DNA of 64,000 bases from Mobula birostris (lineage: Eukaryota): NCBI RefSeq assembly GCF_030028105.1, contig NC_092370.1, positions 187,904,005-187,968,004 on the forward strand. Direction: 5' to 3'. Below, piece by piece: positions 1 to 12,400 of this stretch (position 1 is the first letter of the stretch; every line of letters starts with the position of its first letter). The notes beneath the pieces were generated by a model that was not told the DNA's origin, searched no databases, and was given only the letters and a program-made list of their open reading frames with translations. The position numbers were made by a program, and so were the translations under genes.

Positions 1-326
1 TGGAACCAAACCATCTCCATTACAGCACATTTTCTCAGGCCTTTCAATATGTGCCAATTCTGCCTCATCTTGTCAAGGCTTTCATGAATTTACACTAGCA
101 CAATGTTGACGTCATTGGCCAGTGTGACAGCAAAATTCCTTAAACTATGCATCTGCCTCACCAACCAACAGCTTAGTAGAATAGAGCCTTAAGCCTGCAT
201 TTGCAGCCAGACAAATATTTTGTATTATTTTAAAGAAAGTTTTACAATTGTTGCAAATCTCTAACAAGCTCAAGGTACTTGCATTTCAATATACTGAGCA
301 TTCTTAGCAATTGATCCAATACACAC

Positions 327-416
327 CATCTTTATCACCAGCTTGATCTTCACTTTTTCTCTTATCATCTTTCTTCTTCTTGTCTTTTGGTTCCTTTTTT
401 ATATCATCTGCATCTC
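327..416 (-). CDS. BAZ1A: BAZ1A coding exon 21 (K/D-rich, symmetric)
   Basis: tttccttcaaag| [30 protein letters not shown] |gtgtgt; 90 nt, phase 1-1, in frame with exon 20. Confidence 0.8.
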
Positions 417-3400
417 CTTTGAAGGAAAGGGATTTCTAATTATATAACTTTATAATATCTAGAGCACTTGAAAAGTCAAGACTAACAAGGCTGAAACTAC
501 AGGAAAAGAATTTGTTGACAAACAATTGCTTTGGTAAACAAGTTGTATTGCAGACCTCAACTTTCTAAAAATGCAACTGGAAATTTAGGACAAGCAATGC
601 AGTTAAATCAACTGAACACCGGTGTTTCCATATCTCACAATTCTAAGAGTGCAATGAATTAAATTTGCACCTCGGCCATCACTTTATAGCTTTACATAAG
701 CATATCACAGACATCCCACCCTCCAAAAACTCATTTCAGGGAGGTAGCACCATCAATTTGCGGGAGACTCCCGGAACTTCCAGGAGAGGTGGGATGTCTG
801 CAATAGAGTAGCTCCTTAGTAACTAGCCAGCTAGTTTAAATAACGTTAGCTATGCTAATGAACGAATGACACCTGTTAAACTCACCTCAACATGTCTTTT
901 ACAGTCTTAACCCACCATAGGCAATAGAAAAGTCACTGTTGCAAACAGTGCAGCGAGCAACACTGTCATTATCTTTGACCCCTATTAGGCAGGAGTACAC
1001 TTTAGTGTAGTCTGGGGTGACGTACGTTTCATATTTTCTTTTTCTGGAACTCTCTCGTTCGTGGTCGCTCTCTCACGTTTGCTTTCTCGCACTCTCTTCC
1101 TCACGCGCGCTTGCTTTCTCACTCTCTCGCACTTGCTTTCTTGCTCTCACGCACGCACTCTCTCTCGTGGTCGCTCTCACTCGCGCTTGCTTGCTTTCTT
1201 GGTCTTGGTCTCTCTCTCTCTCTCTCGCTCTTGCTGTCTCGCGCTTGCTTTCTTGCTCTTACGCTTGCTCTCAAAAAAATCAATTTCCAGGACATTGTAT
1301 ATAATTTACGGGCATTAGGGAGCCACTATTAATATGCGGGAGACTCCCGGAACTTCCGGGAGAGGTGGCATGTCTGATATCAAGGCCGGAAAGGAATCAA
1401 GTTGGGGACAGGGTTGAACAGAGAAAGCAGAAAATAGGAAAATGAACAGGAGAAGTAATTCTTGCTAGGAAACCAAAGACTGGAACTACGTTACCCAAAA
1501 GTTTAATACATGTATACAGATTTACCAAGAGAAGGAAAGATGTTTAATCAAGATGTCACAGCCAAATTGGAACCCCTCTAAACCTCACTATTCTAGTGTG
1601 TAAATCCTTAAAAGCTCATTTGCAATTCTGTAAATCAATAGCCAGAGTAATTTGGGACAAAAAAAAGTGTATGACAAAATAAACTTAAGACCTATGTCAG
1701 ACTTCCACCAGAATACCGTAGCTGGTTTTAGTCTCATCATTTGGCAAGTGCTTGAGATTTGAGAATAAGAGGAGAACTTCACCAATCAAGACTAGATGAA
1801 CGAATAAGTGTTCTGCAGTTAAGCAGCCAAAGAGTTCCACCTAAATGAGATTATGTGATCTTTTCACCAAAGACTAGACACCTAGCATAGGCACCAGATT
1901 CAATGTCTCCCTTTTTCAATTATAAGGTAACTTTCATGTGCTAAAAAATGTTAATTAAGCAAGTTCCCTGCAGAACAACTAATGATGAATCAATACAAAA
2001 GAATGAACCACTATATTCAGCAAGCACAAGAAGGGAAGAGAAATTTCAGGATAATTGGTAGAAAACTCATATTTAAAAATTGGGTGAAAATTTCCAATCT
2101 CATTAATTCTTCCATCATGACAACCAATAGCCCGTAATTACTTCTACAAATCTGGCATAAGATTCCAATTAAGAGTTGTGGTACAGAAATAAAAAATAAT
2201 ACAACAATACTATTGGTAGCTACAAGGCATTATGAATTATGCCCTTTTTTAGCAGTAGTTCTAAAATAACCACCTTTTGGTGAATACCAGATAAAACAAA
2301 TTCCCAAAAACAATGCAAGGTTTTAAAAAGCAATGGGGAAAAACCTTGAAGTCTTAACTGAGAAATACTGACTCTAGCGATCTTATAAACTAGTATTGTT
2401 GAATAAGCGTGCAAGTCCTGACCAATTACCTAAAATAATAATTGTACAAAAAATAATTTGCTTCTTTCAGCAGGCTAAATTGGAGCATCGTCTCAATGGC
2501 TTAAATTTATAATGAAAAAGTATCACAGTTCCTGTAAATATTCTGCAAAGTTTGAACTCCTCTTGCATGAACACCCTTCTGACAACCTGTAAATATTCAG
2601 ATACCTTGAGTTCCCAAATGACAGCATCTTAAGAAACAGTGCTACCCTTGGAAAACCATTTATGAATATTCTAATAAGTTAAACAAGTGTAGTATAGGGA
2701 AACACAAGTCAAATTACAATGAGGCCTCGAGAAATTACATAAAATCTTTACAAGTAAAGATTTAATATTAAATGCAGTGAGTTAAGCAAAGGATCGATTG
2801 AAATTCAGACCTGTTCACTGAATTATTAAAAGTACTAACCCAGTGGAGGCTTCAGGAATTTACGCTCAATTCCCTGTTCTAACTGAAGCAAAGCAACTGC
2901 CAGATAATGCACCACAGAGTTTAATTGTTGAGGAAAATTAGCACTGGAAGATATAGAACTTCTTGTTTCACTCCCCGTTTCCAAAGGCCTGCACAAAAAA
3001 CAAAACTTCTGTATGTCAGTGTCACAAAAATTGAGCTACAGAGTATGAAAAGCTTTCCGTCAGTACATCAATGCCTTGAATTTACATCACAGAATTAAAC
3101 ATTTCTGTACAGTAATTCTCTGACAAGCAGCATTCAATTTTTCACAAATCCCGATGGCCCAAAATGTGAGCTAGGAGCCTGCAGTACAAGTTGAGTGCTA
3201 GTACTGGGTGTCTCAGGTGTGTGGCTGGAGCTGGGGTTGGTGTTTGGCAAGTAGGTTGGCTGTAGCAAAGCCAGAGTCCAGAAAGCTTGCTTATTTCCTT
3301 CTCTATTTAAACTTTATTGGATCACTAAAATATTATACTATTTTTCAACCTGTTAAGAAAGCTAAACTTAAAAAGTGGGCATTAATATCAGAAACATCTA

Positions 3401-6400
3401 ATAATTCAGAAAATTTGCCAGTCCAGTACTAAGGAAGTTCCAACCTGTATTCAGTTTTACTTTATTCAGTTCATACACTTCCTCTATGGCATATCTTGCA
3501 AATTTTGTGTGACAAGTTTGGACAGATCAAAGTTTTAGAAACAAAGCTAACTATATGCATAAACAGCTTTCCCATATTTACTCTGGAGCTTAAAATACAT
3601 GGAGTATTTAAAAACAACAAAAAAAGTAATTTATAGTACCATATACTGTGATAGTATATACAAATTCAAGAAGTGAAGTAAAATTATGTCAAATTCTTAG
3701 TGGAATTCTACTAAGTGAACTGTTAAGAACCAAATAATTAAACAAAAGCTAAAAGGATCCTCGGATTACAAAGGCCCAGAATATCCAAGCAACATTACGT
3801 TTGAAGTTTGAGGTTGCAAAATAATATACAGGTATGGACTTTGCTAGAACACCTGCATGGATATGCCAGTCATTGCCCCACAGTGAAAAATATTTTATGT
3901 TGAAGAGAGATTGGGCTGGTGAAAAGAAAACTGTAACCCCAAAAATCAGGCTGTGGGGTTTGACTTCAGAGGGAGGGGGTGCACGAAACACCTCAATGAT
4001 TAGGAGAATCATGACGACACTCAGTGGGGACGGGCGGCGACACAGGGAGTGAGACAGCGTGGAGCAAGAGAAAAAAGGTGTCATGTGACACTCACTCCTC
4101 TCCTGAAGCATCCAAGTGAAGCACAGGGTTCAAATCCAGCATTACATTAGTACATCTAGTTGCCCAGAAACACCAATGATTGCTGATCCCAGAACAACAG
4201 CCTATTTACTTCACTATGTTCCAAAAAAAAATGCAAGTGCTAGAAATCTGAAAGGAAAACAAAGTAATGAAAATTCAGCACATCCAGCAGCTTTACTGGG
4301 GAGTAAGATTTTTAATTCAATGGCTCTTCTTCAGAACTGGGAAAAAGTTAAGCACACTCATAAGAACTTGCCAAAGATGGGGGAAATGAAGAAAGACAAA
4401 CAAACAGGTACCAACTAGGAGAGGATGCTAATGTCAGCTATTCTCTGTTTGGAACAGAGGTAAAAGAAAATCTGCTGGAATTCAAATAATAGAGCAATGC
4501 ATTTGATGGAAAATTGAAAAAGACTAGGAAAGCACATCAGGCGGCATTTGTGGGAGAGAAATAACTGGAGACACATCTGAAATGGCCAGGAATTGAGAAG
4601 CAATTTCTGAAATAAAAACAAAAAAAAACTGAAAAATAGAGAGAGAGTGAGCACGCGAGAGCGCGCTGCCATTTAGGATGCAGACTTATTCCTCAGTTTC
4701 AGCCTTTGTTATATTTTATAAGGTTAATGCAAGCTTATTAACATTCCGGAGCACGTAGGCAGCAAGTTTTAGTCAGCAAAATTTATGCTTTTTTTAAAAA
4801 TATGTATTTATGAGGTGTTGGCCCCTGATAATAATGTTTTTGTTAATGATCAGATGATGTTTGGGCTAATAATGCTGGAAATTTGCTAATGTAAAGAAAA
4901 AAACATTAAAATATGTTCAGATTCAAGCAAAAACCACAGCAACATACCAACTAAAGAATGCAAATGCCCAGTTTTTGATGCCAATACTTAAACCTCTGAT
5001 TATATTTGAAAAAAAAAAATCAGTTATACCCAGCTTTGTTGCTATATCCATTGCTCAAAACATCAAGCTCCTTGGATTCCTTGCCTTCAATTTTAATAAC
5101 TCCATTTTCCTTCACATTATTTTCCAGTAACCGAATGCCATTTTGCGTAGGAAGTGCTTTGCCCAACAGTTCATACTGCCCTGTTTCCAGTGCTGCTCGC
5201 CATGCATACCGCTCCATCACCTGCTCATAGAAATGTTTTAGGCATGCTCTTTAAATCCAATAGTTTGATTCACTATCAAGGTCAGAATTTAATTTCACAA
5301 TTGTATAAAAAGCTTGTTAATACATACACACTCCAGAAGCAATATTGTGCAAGGATGTAATTATACATTTTTCATATTGCATTAATTTGCAATTACTTTT
5401 GCTTTGTGCTACAACTTAATTGCAGGCAAGTTTAAATAAAGAAAACAGAAATGTTCTTTGTTTAAACATACCAATTAAATTGTAGCATTTTTATACTATC
5501 TGTTGAATACATTTGCTGCATACCTTAAATAGCCATGACACGAAAAGGAAAAAAAAGATGACATCATGTATTTGTATTTAATCACTTCATGGCAAAGTCT
5601 CCTGGATTCAAATTCCCAAGTACAATGTGCTGAAGTATGTCTTTTTGAAAATTCTTTAGGCATTGAAGCATGTTTTTACAGTCAGTACCATAAACTCTTA
5701 AAAGACCCACTTTCCTCACATTCAAAAAATTTTGTTTCTGACATTATTTTTAAAACCATCATGGTCCATTCTCTTATCAGATGCTGCTTCTTCAGTCTTT
5801 TACCTTCTCCACCCATCACATCCCAGGCTGTCACTTCATCCCCCCCCCTTCCCCTGCCCACTTGGCATCACCTTTTACCATCTAACTGGTACTCCTTTCC
5901 GCCTTCCCTCAGTTTTTTTATGCTAGCTTCTTCCCCCTTCCTTTCCAGTACTGATGACGGGTTTCAGACTGAAATGTTGACTATTAATTCATTTCCATAA
6001 ATGCTACTGAGTTCCTTCAGCATTGTGTATGTATTACTCTAAATATCCTGCATTTACAGAATCTTGTGTTACTATCACGTCCTCTGGCTTTGACTTTGGC
6101 CTCCCCCCACCCCCCCCGATTTTTCTTGCTTTTGTTTCTTCTCCCAATTCAATCTATTTATCCTTCCATTTTTGGTTTGAAAGTCTCCTCCATTTTAATC
6201 CAAAATATTCACCTCATTATACATCCTAAATATCAACTTGCCCCTCCATGAGTAGTTTTCCAACAGCCCAAAGACATACACAAATATATAGTGAACTTTT
6301 TAGTTCTATAGCTTGTTCGGCATTGAGTGAGATTGTGACTGGTGTGTAACAACTCCATACACCTGCTTTGCTCCAGTCTCAAATATTTATATCAAATATA

Positions 6401-9400
6401 AATCAATCTTGTGTTTAAAACTAATTGACAAAACCTTTTGTCGTTTGCTGCACAGCAGTCCAAACCCAATCCATCCCTTGCATAAGGGATTTTTTTTTTG
6501 TTTAAAAAAAAAACACCATTAAAAGTTCTGATTAATATTTAGTCGTGATTGCATCGGGACCTGGTATAATAACACCAATGCCCTTGTATGGAAAAGCCTA
6601 CAAAAAGTAGTGAATACGGTCCAGTCCATTGCAGGTAAAGCCTTCCCCACCAATGAGCACATCTATATGGAGTGCTGTAGCAGTAAACCAGCACCCATCA
6701 AGGACCCACACCACCTTGCCATCAGCAAGGTGGTACTGTGGGCTCAGGATCCACACCCCCGGGTTCAGGAAACAGTTATACCCCTCAACCATTAGGCTAT
6801 TAAACCAGAGGGGATAACTTCACTCAGCGCATCACTCAACTGGACTCTCTTTCAAGGGCTCTTCATCTCATGATCTTGATATTTATTGCCCTTTTCTTTT
6901 TGCTCTTTTTGTATTGTGTTTCTTTTATTTACTGTGATTGCACCCAAGAAAATGAATCTTAGGGTCGAATATAGAAATATACACATACTTTGATAATAAA
7001 TTTACTTTGAACTTGAACTACACTCTCTATCAGTTCTTATCATCTTTTTAACTAATCAAACAATCCTTCATTTTATAACCCAGGAATATAACCTCAACTT
7101 GTGTAACTTCTTCTGTCTTTAACCTTTGGAATTAAGTATGTTTCCCGTAAACCTACAATGTGCTTTACCAAAAGGTCAAGGTATCCTTTCTGAACGTGGT
7201 GTTCCTACAATTTCTCATAGTACTTCGATTGTGCTCCAAACAACATAACCGATGATTGTGATTTCAGAAATCTTGTTGCAAGTTTCATATACATTCAAAT
7301 ATTCAGGGAATGGAAGACCAAAAAATTCTTTTAAAAGATCCAAAGAAAGAAATGTGAAAACAAGCTTAAAAATTGTAATGGAAAAATTGACAGAAATAGA
7401 CTGAAGAAATACCATACATACCATGCTGGTATGCACAAAGTAAATATCATTAAATTATTGAACTCAAACAAGCCTGCTTGCAATTTTTATTGTATTTATT
7501 AATACATACTTTAATTCCTCCTAGAGTTCCTTGCCAGGTTCTATCTTCAATGTCCAGAAGCAAATCCTTCAATCGCAGTTCAAGCTGCTTATCAGCAGGT
7601 AATTGGGAAGAATCATATGCACTGTGAACACCTTTCGAAGTATTTCGAGCAGGCTTGCTTTCCAATAGAGTTTTATCTGGAAATTAACATTGAATTTGTT
7701 TAATCAGTATACTCTTAAAGCAATTTATCAAGCCATTTTTCCCTTCCATTTTTCTTGCCACCAATTGTTACACCAACATTTTCTTTTCAACAGCTTAAAG
7801 TCAAAGATGCAAATTATTTGTGTAGCTTAAATACTGAATTCAATGCAGACATAATTAGAATTAAAGTATAAAATAGAAGCTTGGCAGAATAAGTGTTCAT
7901 TTCAGCTACTTGGGTATGATGCCACTTGGCAATTGACAATTACTCTGTGAACAAAATGCCTATTATTTGCAATAGCATAGCACCCATGGTACAATTGTTC
8001 ACGTGTCTTCAGTAATATGCAGTATAGGCCAGTGTGGAGATTTAAATTAGCAAGCCTTTTAATGGCATAATTTTCGAAAGATAACAAAAATTAACTCTTT
8101 GTAAAACAAGAAGGACATATTTGCATCCATGTTCATTATTCAAAGGATTAAACTATAGATATTCACCTGGGAACATCTCCAAGAGCAAGAATACTGAACA
8201 TACTGCACAATTTTAACATAATTATTCCACAGTGGTCGAGAGATTAAAGTTAATGCTTCACAGCAAAGACATGGGTTATATCCTGATCTGACAAGATGTC
8301 TAGAGATTGTACATGTTCTCAGTCAACACATAGCCTCTTCAGCGCCCCCCCCCCCCCCACAAGGTGTTGTTTCCTCTCAGGTGCAAAGACTTGTTGATTG
8401 GTAGTTAATTGCCTAAAGCAAATTCCCCCTAGTGTGACTGGTAGCACAAATCAGGAGATGGGGAAAAGGGCTAATGTAAATAGGATGGTATGGACTCTAA
8501 AAGTCCTGTTTCTATGATATACAATGTGAATAGCTTGCAGTTTTTCTTGCTTTTGTTTAAATAAGTCAGTTTGGAGATTTTCACACTTCATTAGGTTATG
8601 GGTATGTAATACTACAGCTGCAGTAACTCCATGAAGCAAAACAATTTTTTATCTCTATGTTCTATGAACAACTTCAATGTTCTTTTTGGTTTAAACCATT
8701 TCCAATACTTCCGTACACTGTCTGAAAAACATGGCTCCTGAAAAGGCACAGTGTTGTTTTTTTGATCAGTGGGCAGTCAGCCGTATGAAGTGTGAGAAGA
8801 CGTAGCTCACTCAGGTTCAACTGAGTACACAGCAAGATGTGGACACATGGAACAAACTACCTAGTTGTGAGGTTGACAGTAGTACCTTAGAAACTTTGAA
8901 TCTAAACTTGGTAGTTATTTCAACACACTAAGTGACTAGGAATTTGGTAAGCTTTGTTGGGGCCGAATGGCTTGATCTTGTCAAAAACTTGCTAACATTC
9001 TAATATGGTACTGATTCCCAGCAGTTTGGTGTTTTGAGCAGCAGTTAATTAGATTAAGATTGATTGGCAAGAACAAATTAAAATAAGGCAGGTAAGAGGA
9101 GTGGCCTTTGTTGGATAGTCCTCATACAGGATGTGGGAAGGCAGGGAGACCAGCGATGTCCCTGACAAATTCACCTGCAAGAAATGTATCCAGCTGCAGC
9201 TTCTAACACTCTGCTTTAAAGAGTTGGAGCAGGAACTGGATGAAATCTAGATCATTCGCGAAGCTGAGTGGGTGATAGATAGGATATATAGAGGTAGTTA
9301 CACCCAAGACGCAGAACACAAGAGACTGAGTGACAGGAAAGGGAAGGGGTTAAACAGCCAGTGCACCTGTGACCATTCCCCTCAACAGGTATACCACTTT

Positions 9401-12400
9401 GGATACTGTTTGGTTGGGAGGGAGAAGAGATGGTCTAGTAGAGGAAGGCTAAAGTGGTCAGAAGGGAAGGGGAGAGAAGAGACGAGCTGTGGTGATAGGG
9501 GATTTGTTAGTTAGGGGAACAGAAAAGATGTTCTGTGAATGAGATTCCAAGATGGCATGTTGACTCCAGGGTGCCAGGGTTCACAACTTCTCGGATTGAG
9601 TCCTCAGCATTCTTAAGTAGGAGGGTCCATAATGACAGAGGTAGGAAGAGTCACAAAGTTCTGTGAAGTGAGTTCAGGAAGTTAGGTGCTAAATCAGTAT
9701 ATAGAGGGACCAACTAGAGGGGATGCAATATTGGATCTCCTGTTAGGAAACGAATTAGGGCAAGTGACAGAAGTCTGTGTAGGGGAGCACTTTGATTCCA
9801 GTGATCATAACACCATTAGTTTCAATTTGATCATGGACAAGGATAGATCTGGTCCTAGGGTTGAGGTTCTGAACTGGAAGAAACCCAATTTGAGGAAATG
9901 AGAAAGGATCTAAAAAGCGTGGATTGGGACAGGTTGTTCTCTGGCAAAGATGTGATTGGTAGGTGGGAAGCCTTCAAAGGGGAAATTTTGAGAGTGCAGA
10001 GTTTGTATGTTTCTGTCAGGATTAAAGGCAAATTGAATAGGAATAAGGAACCTTGGTTCTCAAGGGATATTGCAACTCTGATAAAGAAGAAGAGGGAATT
10101 GTATGAAACGTATAGGAAACAGGGGGTAAATCAGGTGCTTGAGGAGTATAAGAAGTGCAAGAAAATACTTAAGAAAGAAATCAGGAGGGCAAAAAGAAGA
10201 CATGAGGTTGCCTTGGCAGTCAAAGTGAAGGATAATCCAAAGAGCTTTTACAAGTATATTAAGAGCAAAAGGATTGTAAGGGATAAAATTGGTCCTCTTG
10301 AAGATCAGAGTGGTCGGCTTTGTGCGGAACCAAAGGAAATGGGGGAGATCTTAAATAGGTTTTTTGCGTCTGTATTTACTAAGGAAGCTGGCATGAAATC
10401 TATGGAATTGAGGGAATCAAGTAGTGAGACCATGGAAACTGTACAGATTGAAAAGGAGGAGGTGCTTGCTGTCTTGAGGAAAATTAAAGTGGATAAATCC
10501 CCAGGACCTGACAGGGTGTTCCCTCGGACCTTGAAGGAGACTAGTGTTGAAATTGCGGGGGCCCTGGCAGAAATATTTAAAATGTCACTGTCTACGGGTG
10601 AAGTGCCGGAGGATTGGAGAGTGGCTCATGTTGTTCCGTTGTTTAAAAAAGGATCGAAAAGTAATCCGGGAAATTATAGGCCGGTGAGTTTAACGTCGGT
10701 AGTAGGTAAGTTATTGGAGGGAGTACTAAGAGACAGGATCTACAAGCATTTGGATAGACAGGGGCTTATTAGGGAGAGTCAACATGGCTTTGTGCGTGGT
10801 AGGTCATGTTTGACCAATCTGTTGGAGTTTTTCGAGGAGGTTACCAGGAAAGTGGATGAAGGGAAGGCAGTGGATATTGTCTACATGGACTTCAGTAAGG
10901 CCTTTGACAAGGTCCCACATGGGAGGTTAGTTAGGAAAATTCAGTCGCTAGGTATACATGGAGAGGTGGTAAATTGGATTAGACATTGGCTCAATGGAAG
11001 AAGCCAGAGAGTGGTGGTAGAGAATTGCTTCTCTGAGTGGAGGCCTGTGACTAGTGGTGTGCCACAGGGATCAGTGCTTGGTCCATTGTTATTTGTCATC
11101 TATATCAATGATCTGGATGATAATGTGGTAAATTGGATCAGCAAGTTTGCTGATGATACAAAGATTGGAGGTGTAGTAGACAGTGAGGAAGGTTTTCAGA
11201 GCCTGCAGAGGGACTTGGACCAGCTGGGAAAAATGGGCTGAAAAATGGCAGATGGGAGTTTAATACTGACAAGTGTGAGGTATTGCACGTTGGAAGGACA
11301 AACCAACGTAGAACATACAGGGTTAATGGTAAGGCACTGAGGAGTGCAGTGGAACAGAGGGATCTGGGAATACAGATACAAAATCCCCTAAAAGTGTCGT
11401 CACAGGTAGATAGGGTCGTAAAGAGAGCTTTTGGTACATTGGCCTTTATTAATCGAAGTACTGATATAAGAGCTGGAATGTTATGATGAGGTTGTATAAG
11501 GCATTGGTGAGGCCGAATCTGGAGTATTGTGTTCAGTTTTGGTCACCAAATTACAGGAAGGATATAAATAAGGTTGAAAGAGTGCAGAGGTTTACAAGGA
11601 TGTTGCCGGGACTTGAGAAACTCAGTTACAGAGAAAGGTTGAATAGGTTAGGACTTTATTCCCTGGAGCGTAGAAGAATGAGGGGAGATTTGATAGAGGT
11701 ATATAAAATTATGATGGGTATAGATAGAGTGAATGCAAGCAGGCTTTTTCCACTGAGGCAAGGGGAGAAAAACACCAGAGGACATGGGTTAAGGGTGAGG
11801 GGGGAAAAGTTTAAAGAGAACATTGGGGGGGCTTCTTCACACAGAGAGTGGTGGGAGTATGGAATGAGCTGCCAGACGAGGTGGTAAATGCGGGTTCTTT
11901 TTTAACATTTAAGAATAAATTGGACAGATACATGGATGGGAGGTGTATGGAGGGATATGGTCCGTGTGCAGGTCAGTGGGACTAGGCAGAAAATGGTTCG
12001 GCACAGCCGAGAAGGGCCAAAGGGCCTGTTTCTGTGCTGTAGTTTCTATGGTTCTATGGTAAGTTCAAGGGCAGGATCTCCAGGGTTATGATCTCAGGAC
12101 TGCTATCCATGCCACATGCTAGTGAGGCCAGAAACAGGAAGATCAAATAGTTTAACATGTGGCTAAGGAGTTGGTGTTGGAAGGTAGGTGCCAGAGTTTT
12201 GGATCACTGGGAAGGTGGAACCTGTACAGAAGAGACTGTTTGCAACTGAATTGGAGGGGGACTAATAACTTAGCGGGAACTTTTGCTCATGCTGTGCGGC
12301 AGAGGGGGAGTTGCGGGGGGTGATTTCAACTAGAGTTGCTGGGGGATAGGAACCAGAATGCCGGAACAAATAGTGAAGAGGATGTGGAGACTGATGTTGT

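Noticed and set aside
1017-1332. Three overlapping Leu/Ser-rich ORFs
   Set aside because: Translations of a CT-rich low-complexity tract inside a transposon.
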